The translations under genes and the position numbers were made by a program. 64,000 nucleotides of DNA from positions 431,830,001 through 431,894,000 of the forward strand of contig OZ024740.1 in NCBI GenBank assembly GCA_964016885.1, in the 5' to 3' direction. Of this stretch, positions 11,439 through 25,422 are shown in pieces. The notes under the pieces are model-generated. The model worked only from the letters and a program-made list of their open reading frames with translations, searched no databases and was not told the DNA's origin. The stretch comes from Eledone cirrhosa (taxonomy: Eukaryota). Position 1 is the stretch's first letter. Every line of letters begins with the position of its first letter.

Positions 11439-13672
11439 TAGAATTCCCTGTACTGTGACCAAGGGCGTAGTCACGCTAGTGAGGAAGGACGAGAACAAGG
11501 GGGACGAAATAAGTAACTTCAGGCCCATAACACTGCTAAATACAGAGTTACAGATTTTGGCCAAGGTGCTAGCAAAGAGGTTGGCGCTTGTCGTGGGCAA
11601 CCTGGTGGGAGATGCGCAGACATGCGCTATCCCGTCCAGGTCCATCCATGACAACCTCCACCTCATGCGATACATCATAGAGAGGGTTGGGAACGAACCC
11701 GGCTTTGGTGGGGCTCTGATCAACTTGGATCAATCTAAGGCGTTCGATAGGGTCGACCATGGTTACCTGGATGCGGTGCTAGCGGCGGCAGGCTTCGGAC
11801 CCGTTTTCAGGGGCTGGATCACTGCTATGCACAGCAGCCGCATCTGCTCTAGGGTCAAGGTGAACGGCTACCTCTCGGAGCCGTTCAAAATCGCGCGGTC
11901 CATCCGACAAGGGTGCCCTCTCTCCTCCCTTCTGTATGTGTTGACTCTCGAGCCACTACTGCGGAAGTTGGAGTTGTTGCAGGGCATCCCTTTGGAACCG
12001 GGATTGCGGAAAGCGGTGTCGGCCTACGCCGATGACGTGACAGTAATGGTGTCGACGGCCTCCGAAATCGAGGCGGTCGGCACCTTACTGGAGGAGTACG
12101 AAAAGTTCACAGGGGCTAAGCTGAACCGGGACAAGTCGATCGGTTTGCAACTCGGCACGTGGAGGGGGCAGACCGATGCCCTCCGATGGCGTCGTCGGAC
12201 GCTGGACGGAGGGCCCGGTGAAGTTACTCGGGGTCTGGTTCGGACCGGACCTCCAGGTGGAGAAAAACTGGGCGGAGGTTACGAACAGGGTGTTTGCACT
12301 GACCCAGAAGTGGGCCAGTTGCAAACTATCCCTGAAAGGTCGGGCGGAGGTGGCGAACACCTACATAGCGTCCGTCATCTACTACCGCCTGACCGTAGTG
12401 CCCTGCCCAAGGGAAACCCTCACCAAGATGGAGCGCGCGCTCTTCCAATTCCTTTGGAAGAGGCGGGCTCCTATGGTGAGGAGATCCATCTGCTGTCAAC
12501 ACCCTTCGAAAGGAGGGCTGGGGATGCCGTGGCTAATGATGCGTAAACACGCATTAAGGCTACGGCACCTCTACGTATTCCTCACCGGACAACCGGTGTG
12601 GGCCTCGTTTGTGAGACGAACCTTTCCCAGACTCGTCTCACTCACCGAGCTGCAATCCTGGGTCAAGCAAAGACCGAGAAAACTGGGCGCTTGGCACACT
12701 GAGTGTGCCCAGGCGCTCACCGCCCTCTGGCAGGCGGATCCGGTTATCAGTGGAGACTCCACCGCAACATTCTATAGAGGGCTGGTACGCAGCAGGTGCG
12801 ACGACGCCCTCGGAGAAGCCCTAGACATGGAGGAGGACGAACTGGCCAGCCTGTTCGGTAGGACATTCAGCCCGGGACCTATGGACAACTTCCAGAAGTC
12901 CCTGGCCTGGCAGTGCTACCGAGGGGCTTTACCCGTTCGAGAAAGGCTCTACAGACACGGGCGCCCGGGTAGGGACCCCGCCAAAAAGATCTGTCCCAGA
13001 TGCGTGTGCGACGAGGAAACCGTTGCACACGCATTGGTACACTGCTCGGGCGTAGCCGATCTGTGGGGCTATGTCGAACAACTGCTGTCAAGGGTGGGAC
13101 CGATCCGGTTGACCACCGAGTCTATTGAAATGATCAAGCCGCCTCCCCCCTTCAAAGATGAAGCAGAGGCGGTGTTTCTGTGCGTAATAGCCATGGCGAA
13201 AGAGGTTGTATGGTGGACGCGTCTGAAAGGACTGAGGTCAGACACCTTTCTCTCTGGCCAACAACTGGTCCGTTTCTTCCGATATCATTTCGGAAGAAGG
13301 ATCAGGATGGAGAGAGAGGTGCTGCACCCCAGCCGTTTCTATGAAAGATGGGTGAAAGTGGCGAGAATGGCCCGTGTGAATGGGCCTTCACTCTACATCA
13401 GACTATAGGTGAGGAAGATGAAAGACCAAGGGAGCACCCCTTCTCTGTGCTCCTGAGGAGAAGGGTTGCACACTTTTTTCGGGGGTGTGTGCGACCCCCC
13501 AAGGCGCCTCCTCTCTATTGAGGATTTTGTTAAAAATTTTATTTTTTGTTATATCTTATTTTATTTTTATATTTTGTTATTGCCTCCTCCTTATTGAGGA
13601 CGCCTTTTTGTGTAAACTCCCCCCTTTGTACTTGTCCCACTTTTGATGCCCTAGTGGCAAATAAAAGAAACT
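11439..13672 (+). mobile_element. 5'-truncated non-LTR retrotransposon, L1/Tx1 clade, with 9-bp TSD tatctatta
   Basis: Contains an RT and C-terminal zinc knuckle ORF and a ~260-bp 3' UTR ending aataaaagaaac. tatctatta is duplicated at 11430-11438 and 13673-13681 in phase with the satellite. ORF1 and the endonuclease are missing because the element begins at the start of the RT domain. Confidence 0.92.
11440..13408 (+). pseudogene. LINE ORF2 fragment (reverse transcriptase plus zf-RVT-like CCHC knuckle), split by one +1 frameshift
   Basis: Motifs FRPITLLNT, LDQSKAFDRVDH, RQGCPLSSLLY, YADD, LSLKGR and CPRC-x8-H-x4-C are present. Removing one G from the G5 run at 12164-12168 joins ORFs 11455..12546 and 12176..13408 (LGTWRGRPMPSDG). 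Confidence 0.92.
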
Positions 13673-14084
13673 TATCTATTAGTAGTATCACCACTAGTAT
13701 CTATTAGTAGTATCACCACTAGTATCTATTAGTAGTATCACCACTAGTATCTATTAGTAGTATCACCACTAGTATCTATTAGTAGTATCACCACTAGTAT
13801 CTATTAGTAGTATCCATCACTAGTATCTATTAGTAGTATCCATCACTAGTATCTATTAGTAGTATCCATCACTAGTATCTATTAGTAGTATCACCACTAG
13901 TATCTATTAGTAGTATCACCACTAGTATCTATTAGTAGTATTACCACTAGTATCTATTAGTAGTATCACCACTAGTATCTATTAGTAGTATCACCACTAG
14001 TATCTATTAGTAGTATCACCACTAGTATCTATTAGTAGTATCACCACTAGTATCTATTAGTAGTATCACCACTAGTATCTATTA
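13673..14084 (-). repeat. Satellite B, reverse orientation, resumed after the LINE
   Basis: About 16 units, mostly the caccactagtatctattagtagtat variant. Confidence 0.95.
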
Positions 14085-14192
14085 AGCTTTCTTTATATTA
14101 TGTAGGTATCAGTTTGTTTTGTTTATTTCTTTCAAAAGTATTTTATTCTATATTCTATATTCTATATTATATATTATATAAGAGTATTTTAT
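14085..14192 (-). repeat. Inverted 49-bp linker plus the start of inverted satellite A (right arm of the fold-back)
   Basis: 14085-14133 is the reverse complement of 5898-5946. It is followed by aaaagtattttattctatatt... up to the gap. Confidence 0.95.
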
Positions 14193-14392
14193 NNNNNNNN
14201 NNNNNNNNNNNNNNNNNNNNNNNNNNNNNNNNNNNNNNNNNNNNNNNNNNNNNNNNNNNNNNNNNNNNNNNNNNNNNNNNNNNNNNNNNNNNNNNNNNNN
14301 NNNNNNNNNNNNNNNNNNNNNNNNNNNNNNNNNNNNNNNNNNNNNNNNNNNNNNNNNNNNNNNNNNNNNNNNNNNNNNNNNNNNNNNNNNNN
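14193..14392. other. Assembly gap (200 N, true size unknown)
   Basis: Run of N with a round length typical of scaffolding joins. Confidence 0.99.
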
Positions 14393-17300
14393 GCCACTGC
14401 TACACTACACTACACTACTACATAGCCACTGCTACACTACACTACTACATAGCCACTGTCTACACTACACTACTACATAGCCACTGCTACACTACACTAC
14501 ACTACTACATAGCCACTGCTACACTACACTACACTACTACATAGCCACTGCTACACTACACTACTACATAGCCACTGCTACACTACACTACTACATAGCC
14601 ACTGCTACACTACACTACTACATAGCCACTGCTACACTACACTACACTACTACATAGCCACTGCTACACTACACTACACTACTACATAGCCACTGCTACA
14701 CTACACTACTACATAGCCACTGTTACACTACACTACTACATAGCCACTGCTACACTACACTACACTACTACATAGCCACTGCTACACTACACTACACTAC
14801 TACATAGCCACTGCTACACTACACTACTACATAGCCACTGCTACACTACACTACTACATAGCTACTGCTACACTACACTACTACATAGCCACTGCTACAC
14901 TACACTACTACATAGCCACTGCTACACTACACTACACTACTACATAGCCACTGCTACACTACACTACTACATAGCACTGTTACACTACACTACTACATAG
15001 CCACTGCTACACTACACTACACTACTACATAGCCACTGCTACACTACACTACACTACTACATAGCCACTGCTACACTACACTACTACATAGCCACTGCTA
15101 CACTACACTACTACATAGCCACTGCTACACTACACTACTACATAGCCACTGCTACACTACACTACTACATAGCCACTGCTACACTACACTACTACATAGC
15201 CACTGCTACACTACACTACACTACTACATAGCCACTGCTACACTACACTAGTACATAGCCACTGCTACACTACACTACTACATAGCCACTGTTACACTAC
15301 ACTACTACATAGCCACTGCTACACTACACTACACTACTACATAGCCACTGCTACACTACACTACTACATAGCCACTGCTACACTACACTACACTACTACA
15401 TAGCCACTGCTACACTACACTACTACATAGCCACTGCTACACTACACTACTACATAGCCACTGCTACACTACACTACACTACTACATAGCCACTGATACA
15501 CTACACTACACTACTACATAGCCACTGCTACACTACACTACACTACTACATAGCCACTGCTACACTACACTACACTACTACATAGCCACTGCTACACTAC
15601 ACTACTACATAGCCACTGCTACACTACACTACACTACTACATAGCCACTGCTACACTACACTACTACATAGCCACTGCTACACTACACTACTACATAGCC
15701 ACTGCTACACTACACTACTACATAGCCACTGCTACACTACACTACTACTACATAGCCACTGCTACACTACACTACTACTACATAGCCACTGCTACACTAC
15801 ACTACTACATAGCCACTGCTACACTACACTACTAGTACATAGCCACTGCTACACTACACTACTACATAGCCACTGCTACACTACACTACTACATAGCCAC
15901 TGCTACACTACACTACTACTACATAGCCACTGCTACACTACACTACTACTACATAGCCACTGCTACACTACACTACTACATAGCCACTGCTACACTACAC
16001 TACTAGTACATAGCCACTGCTACACTACACTACTACATAGCCACTGCTACACTACACTACTACATAGCCACTGCTACACTACACTACTACATAGCCACTG
16101 TTACACTACACTAGTACATAGCCACTGCTACACTACACTACTACATAGCCACTGTTACACTACACTACTACATAGCCACTGCTACACTACACTACTACAT
16201 AGCCACTGCTACACTACACTACTACATAGCCACTGCTACACTACACTACTACATAGCCACTGCTACACTACACTACTAGTACATAGCCACTGCTACACTA
16301 CACTACTACATAGCTACTGCTACACTACACTACTACATAGCCACTGCTACACTACACTACTACATAGCCACTGCTACACTACACTACTAGTACATAGCCA
16401 CTGCTACACTACACTACTACATAGCCACTGCTACACTACACTACTACATAGCCACTGCTACACTACACTACACTACTACATAGCCACTGCTACACTACAC
16501 TACTACATAGCCACTGCTACACTACACTACTACATAGCCACTGCTACACTACACTACACTACTACATAGCCACTGCTACACTACACTACACTACTACATA
16601 GCCACTGCTACACTACACTACTACATAGCCACTGCTTCACTACACTACTACATAGCCACTGCTACACTACACTACACTACTACATAGCCACTGCTACACT
16701 ACACTACACTACTACATAGCCACTGCTACATAGCCACTGCTACACTACACTACACTACTACATAGCCACTGCTACACTACACTACTACATAGCCACTGCT
16801 ACACTACACTACTACATAGCCACTGCTACACTACACTACTACATAGCCACTGCTACACTACACTACTACATAGCCACTGCTACACTACACTACTAGTACA
16901 TAGCCACTGCTACACTACACTACTACATAGCTACTGCTACACTACACTACTACATAGCCACTGCTACACTACACTACTACATAGCCACTGCTACACTACA
17001 CTACTAGTACATAGCCACTGCTACACTACACTAACTACATAGCCACTGCTACACTACACTACTACATAGCCACTGCTACACTACACTACACATCTACATA
17101 GCCCTGCTACCTACACTAGCCACTGCTACACTACACTACTACATAGCCACTGCTACACTACACTACTACATAGCCACTGCTACACTACACTACACTACTA
17201 CATAGCCACTGCTACACTACACTACACTACTACATAGCCACTGCTACACTACACTACTACATAGCCACTGCTACACTACACTACTACATAGCCACTGCTA

Positions 17301-20300
17301 CACTACACTACACTACTACATAGCCACTGCTACACTACACTACACTACTACATAGCCACTGCTACACTACACTACTACATAGCCACTGCTACACTACACT
17401 ACACTACTACATAGCCACTGCTACACTACACTACTACATAGCCACTGCTACACTACACTACTACATAGCCACTGCTACACTACACTACTACATAGCCACT
17501 GCTACACTACACTACTACATAGCCACTGCTAACAACTACACTACTACATAGCCACTGCTACACTACACTACTAGTACATAGCCACTGCTACACTACACTA
17601 CTACATAGCTACTGCTACACTACACTACTACATAGCTACTGCTACACTACACTACTACATAGCCACTGCTACACTACACTACTACATAGCCACTGCTACA
17701 CTACACTACTAGTACATAGCCACTGCTACACTACACTACTACATAGCTACTGCTACACTACACTACTACATAGCCACTGCTACACTACACTACTACATAG
17801 CTACTGCTACACTACACTACTACATAGCCACTGCTACACTACACTACTACATAGCCACTGCTACACTACACTACTACATAGCCACTGCTACACTACACTA
17901 CTAGTACATAGCCACTGCTACACTACACTACTACATAGCCACTGCTACACTACACTACTACATAGCCACTGCTACACTACACTACACTACTACATAGCCA
18001 CTGCTACACTACACTACACTACTACATAGCCACTGCTACACTACACTACTACATAGCCACTGCTACACTACACTACTACATAGCCACTGCTACACTACAC
18101 TACTACATAGCCACTGCTACACTACACTACTACATAGCCACTGCTACACTACACTACTAGTACATAGCCACTGCTACACTACACTACTACATAGCCACTG
18201 CTACACTACACTACTACATAGCCACTGCTACATAGCCACTGCTACACTACACTACACTACTACATAGCCACTGCTACACTACACTACTACATAGCCACTG
18301 CTACACTACACTACTACATAGCCACTGCTACACTACACTACTACATAGCCACTGTTACACTACACTACTACATAGCCACTGCTACACTACACTACTACAT
18401 AGCCACTGCTACACTACACTACTACATAGCCACTGCTACACTACACTACTACATAGCCACTGCTACACTACACTACTACATAGCCACTGCTACACTACAC
18501 TACTACATAGCCACTGCTATACTACACTACTAGTACATAGCCACTGCTACACTACACTACTACATAGCCACTGCTACACTACACTACTAGTACATAGCCA
18601 CTGCTACACTACACTACTACATAGCCACTGCTACACTACACTACTACATAGCCACTGCTACATAGCCACTGCTACACTACACTACACTACTACATAGCCA
18701 CTGCTACACTACACTACTACATAGCCACTGCTACACTACACTACTACATAGCCACTGCTACACTACACTACTACATAGCCACTGTTACACTACACTACTA
18801 CATAGCCACTGCTACACTACACTACTACATAGCCACTGCTACACTACACTACTACATAGCCACTGCTACACTACACTACTACATAGCCACTGCTACACTA
18901 CACTACTACATAGCCACTGCTACACTACACTACTACATAGCCACTGCTACACTACACTCCACTACTACATAGCCACTGCTACACTACACTACTACATAGC
19001 CACTGCTACACTACACTACACTACTACATAGCCACTGCTACACTACACTACTACATAGCCACTGCTACACTACACTACACTACTACATAGCCACTGCTAC
19101 ACTACACTACACTACTACATAGCCACTGCTACACTACACTCCACTACTACATAGCCACTGCTACACTACACTACACTACTACATAGCCACTGCTACACTA
19201 CACTCCACTACTACATAGCCACTGCTACACTACACTACACTACTACATAGCCACTGCTACACTACACTACACTACTACATAGCCACTGCTACACTACACT
19301 CCACTACTACATAGCCACTGCTACACTACACTACACTACTACATAGCCACTGCTACACTACACTACACTACTACATAGCCACTGCTACACTACACTACAC
19401 TACTACATAGCCACTGCTACACTACACTCCACTACTACATAGCCACTGCTACACTACACTACACTACTACATAGCCACTGCTACACTACACTCCACTACT
19501 ACATAGCCACTGCTACACTACACTACTACATAGCCACTGCTACACTACACTACACTACTACATAGCCACTACACTACTACATAGCCACTGCTACACTACA
19601 CTCCACTACTACATAGCCACTGCTACACTACACTACTACATAGCCACTGCTACACTACACTCCACTACTACATAGCCACTGCTACACTACACTACTACAT
19701 AGCCACTGCTACACTACACTACACTACTACATAGCCACTGCTACACTACACTACACTACTACATAGCCACTGCTACACTACACTACACTACTACATAGCC
19801 ACTGCTACACTACACTACTACATAGCCACTGCTACACTACACTACACTACTACATAGCCACTGCTACACTACACTACTACATAGCCACTGCTACACTACA
19901 CTACTACATAGCCACTGCTACACTACACTACTACATAGCCACTGCTACACTACACTACTACATAGCCACTGCTACACTACACTACTACATAGCCACTGCT
20001 ACACTACACTACTACATAGCCACTGCTACACTACACTACTACATAGCCACTGCTACACTACACTACTACATAGCCACTGCTACACTACACTACTACATAG
20101 CCACTGCTACACTACACTACTACATAGCCACTGCTACACTTCACTACTACATAGCCACTGCTACACTACACTCCACTACTACATAGCTACTGCTACACTA
20201 CACTACTACATAGCCACTGTTACACTACACTACTACATAGCCACTGCTACACTACACTACACTACTACATAGCCACTGCTACACTACACTACTACATAGC

Positions 20301-23300
20301 CACTGCTACACTACACTACTACATAGCCACTGTTACACTACACTACTACATAGCCACTGCTACACTACACTACACTACTACATAGCCACTGCTACACTAC
20401 ACTACTACATAGCCACTGCTACACTACACTACTACATAGCCACTGCTACACTACACTACACTACTACATAGCCACTGCTACACTACACTACACTACTACA
20501 TAGCCACTGCTACACTACACTACTACATAGACACTGCTACACTTCACTACTACATAGCCACTGCTACACTACACTACTACATAGCCACTGCTACACTACA
20601 CTACACTACTACATAGCCACTGCTACACTACACTACACTACTACATAGCCACTGTTACACTACACTACACTACTACATAGCCACTGTTACACTACACTAC
20701 TACATAGCCACTGCTACACTACACTACACTACTACATAGCCACTGCTACACTACACTACTACATAGCCACTGCTACACTACACTACTACATAGCCACTGC
20801 TACACTACACTACTACATAGCTACTGCTACACTACACTACTACATAGCCACTGCTACACTACACTACTACATAGCCAATGCTACACTACACTACACTACT
20901 ACATAGCCACTGCTACACTACACTACACTACTACATAGCCACTGCTACACTACACTACTACATAGCCACTGTTACACTACACTACTACATAGCCACTGCT
21001 ACACTACACTACACTACTACATAGCCACTGCTACACTACACTACACTACTACATAGCCACTGCTACACTACACTACTACATAGCCACTGCTACACTACAC
21101 TACTACATAGCCACTGCTACACTACACTACTACATAGCCACTGCTACACTACACTACTACATAGCCACTGCTACACTACACTACTACATAGCCACTGCTA
21201 CACTACACTACACTACTACATAGCCACTGCTACACTACACTACTACATAGCCACTGCTACACTACACTACTACATAGCCACTGCTACACTACACTACACT
21301 ACTACATAGCCACTGCTACACTACACTACTACATAGCCACTGTTACACTACACTACTACATAGCCACTGCTACACTACACTACACTACTACATAGCCACT
21401 GCTACACTACACTACTACATAGCCACTGCTACACTACACTACTACATAGCCACTGCTACACTACACTACTACATAGCCACTGTTACACTACACTACTACA
21501 TAGCCACTGCTACACTACACTACACTACTACATAGCCACTGCTACACTACACTACACTACTACATAGCCACTGCTACACTACACTACTACATAGCCACTG
21601 TTACACTACACTACTACATAGCCACTGCTACACTACACTACACTACTACATAGCCACTGCTACACTACACTACACTACTACATAGCCACTGCTACACTAC
21701 ACTACTACATAGCCACTGCTACACTACACTACTACATAGCTACTGCTACACTACACTACTACATAGCCACTGCTACACTACACTACTACATAGCCACTGC
21801 TACACTACACTACACTACTACATAGCCACTGCTACACTACACTACACTACTACATAGCCACTGCTACACTACACTACTACATAGCCACTGCTACACTACA
21901 CTACTACATAGCCACTGCTACACTACACTACTACATAGCCACTGCTACACTACACTACTACATAGCCACTGCTACACTACACTACTACATAGCCACTGCT
22001 ACACTACACTACACTACTACATAGCCACTGCTACACTACACTACACTACTACATAGCCACTGCTACACTACACTACACTAGTACATAGCCACTGCTACAC
22101 TACACTACTACATAGCCACTGTTACACTACACTACTACATAGCCACTGCTACACTACACTACACTACTACATAGCCACTGCTACACTACACTACTACATA
22201 GCCACTGCTACACTACACTACACTACTACATAGCCACTGCTACACTACACTACTACATAGCCACTGCTACACTACACTACTACATAGCCACTGCTACACT
22301 ACACTACTACATAGCCACTGTTACACTACACTACTACATAGCCACTGCTACACTACACTACACTACTACATAGCCACTGCTACACTACACTACACTACTA
22401 CATAGCCACTGCTACACTACACTACTACATAGCCACTGCTACACTACACTACACTACTACATAGCCACTGCTACACTACACTACACTACTACATAGCCAC
22501 TGCTACACTACACTACTACATAGCCACTGCTACACTACACTACTACATAGCCACTGCTACACTACACTACTACATAGCCACTGCTACACTACACTACTAC
22601 TACATAGCCACTGCTACACTACACTACTACTACATAGCCACTGCTACACTACACTACTACATAGCCACTGCTACACTACACTACTAGTACATAGCCACTG
22701 CTACACTACACTACTACATAGCCACTGCTACACTACACTACTACATAGCCACTGCTACACTACACTACTACTACATAGCCACTGCTACACTACACTACTA
22801 CTACATAGCCACTGCTACACTACACTACTACATAGCCACTGCTACACTACACTACTAGTACATAGCCACTGCTACACTACACTACTACATAGCCACTGCT
22901 ACACTACACTACTACATAGCCACTGTTACACTACACTACTACATAGCCACTGCTACACTACACTACTACATAGCCACTGCTACACTACACTACTACATAG
23001 CCACTGCTACACTACACTACTACATAGCCACTGCTACACTACACTAGTACATAGCCACTGCTACACTACACTACTACATAGCCACTGCTACACTACGCTA
23101 CTACATAGCCACTGCTACACTACACTACTACATAGCCACTGCTACACTACACTACTACATAGCCACTGCTACACTACACTACTACATAGCCACTGCTCCA
23201 CTACACTACACTACTACATAGCCACTGCTACACTACACTACACTACTACATAGCCACTGCTACACTGCACTACTACATAGCCACTGCTACACTACACTAG

Positions 23301-24814
23301 TACATAGCCACTGCTACACTACACTACTACATTGCCACTGCTACACTACACTACTAGTACATAGCCACTGCTACACTACACTAGTACATAGCCACTGCTA
23401 CACTACACTACTACATAGCTACTGCTACACTACTACTACATAGCCACTGCTACACTACACTACTACATAGCCACTGCTACACTACACTACTACATAGCCA
23501 CTGCTACACTACACTAGTACATAGCCACTGCTACACTACACTACTACATAGCCACTGCTACACTACACTACTACATAGCCACTGCTACACTACACTACTA
23601 CATAGCCACTGCTACACTACACTACTACATAGCCACTGCTACACTACACTACTACATAGCCACTGCTACACTACACTACTACATAGCCACTGCTACACTA
23701 CACTACTACATAGCCACTGCTCCACTACACTACACTACTACATAGCCACTGCTACACTACACTACACTACTACATAGCCACTGCTACACTGCACTACTAC
23801 ATAGCCACTGCTACACTACACTAGTACATAGCCACTGCTACACTACACTACTACATTGCCACTGCTACACTACACTACTAGTACATAGCCACTGCTACAC
23901 TACACTAGTACATAGCCACTGCTACACTACACTACTACATAGCTACTGCTACACTACTACTACATAGCCACTGCTACACTACACTACTACATAGCCACTG
24001 CTACACTACACTACTACATAGCCACTGCTACACTACACTAGTACATAGCCACTGCTACACTACACTACTACATAGCCACTGCTACACTACACTACTACAT
24101 AGCCACTGCTACACTACACTACTACATAGCCACTGCTACACTACACTACTACATAGCCACTGCTACACTACACTACTACATAGCCACTGCTACACTACAC
24201 TACTACATAGCCACTGCTCCACTACACTACACTACTACATAGCCACTGCTACACTACACTACACTACTACATAGCCACTGCTACACTGCACTACTACATA
24301 GCCACTGCTACACTACACTAGTACATAGCCACTGCTACACTACACTACTACATTGCCACTGCTACACTACACTACTAGTACATAGCCACTGCTACACTAC
24401 ACTAGTACATAGCCACTGCTACACTACACTACTACATAGCTACTGCTACACTACTACTACATAGCCACTGCTACACTACACTACTACATAGCCACTGCTA
24501 CACTACACTACTACATAGCCACTGCTACACTACACTAGTACATAGCCACTGCTACACTACACTACTACATAGCCACTGCTACACTACACTACTACATAGC
24601 CACTGCTACACTACACTACTACATAGCCACTGCTACACTTCACTACTACATAGCCACTGCTACACTACACTACTACATAGCCATTGCTACACTACACTAC
24701 TACATAGCCACTGCTACACTACACTACTACATAGCCACTGCTACACGACACTACTACACTACTACATAGACACTACTACTTAGACACTACTACACTACTA
24801 CTTAGATACTACTA
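14393..24814 (+). repeat. Satellite C: 27-bp unit gccactgctacactacactactacata, with a 32-bp variant carrying an extra ctaca
   Basis: About 10.4-kb tandem array with a strongly C/A-rich + strand. It degenerates at 24745-24814. Confidence 0.97.
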
Positions 24815-24900
24815 GGGTAAATTTGGAAATTAAATGAGACAGAAGTTTAAAGAAGTTTCAATATATATTTAGAACATATGTTCTTAACTTTCTCTATATC

Positions 24901-25020
24901 CAGCTTATGTGACCAAATGGTTAAAAAGTTTGATGTGCAATCATAAGGTCTTGCATGTAATCCCATTATTTGGTGCCTTGGGCATTGGTTATTTATTTAC
25001 TATAGCTTCAGGTCAACCCA
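24901..25020 (+). mobile_element. Degenerate tRNA-derived SINE head
   Basis: gtgaccaaatggttaaaaagtttg...taatcccatt...gccttgggca...tactatagcttcaggtcaacc. It resembles the inverted copy at 26110-26207. The boxes are decayed. Confidence 0.4.
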
Positions 25021-25086
25021 AACTGTTTAGAAGCTCATCAAATAGATGATTCCAGTAATTCAATGGGCCACACATGTCACACTAAC

Positions 25087-25325
25087 ATCATTATTATCAT
25101 CTAATGTCTGCTCTCTCTCTCCTAGCAAGGATTGGATGAGTTTACATAGACCAAGTGAGTAATGAAGCAGGGCTATTGACCTCCCTGATAGGCTGAAGGA
25201 TGTCTATATTTTGCTTACATATGGTCATATATTTGGACAAGGTTGTGTCTTTGACACAACTGAGGATCCTCACAACCCTTTCGCCAACTCTCTGGATGTC
25301 CTTCACCAACCACTTTACAGTGTAT
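25087..25325 (-). mobile_element. Degenerate RTE-tail-type repeat (LINE 3' UTR or SINE tail)
   Basis: catcattattatcatctaatgtctgc is the reverse complement of a decayed (GAT)n tail. tggatgtccttcaccaaccactttacagtgt matches the reverse complement of the acactgtaaagtggttgg...aagggcatcca motif. Confidence 0.4.
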
Positions 25326-25422
25326 TTATTGTATAGATAGCTAACACTAGGGAGGTTGTCATGTCTTTGACATGACATAAGGATCTTGTTGGATCTCAGA
25401 GATTCAACATTCAGAGTACACA

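Noticed and set aside
11436-13091. Several short minus-strand ORFs within the LINE
   Set aside because: Antisense shadows of a GC-rich coding sequence.
13418-13470. Hammerhead-like CTGAGGA and GAAA motifs in the LINE 3' UTR
   Set aside because: Stems II and III and an NUH cleavage site could not be formed in the required order.
14114-14425. ORFs spanning the N run
   Set aside because: Artefacts of translating N.
14393-24814. Telomere-like strand asymmetry of satellite C
   Set aside because: No TTAGGG or TTAGG repeats are present, and the array is internal, next to genic DNA.
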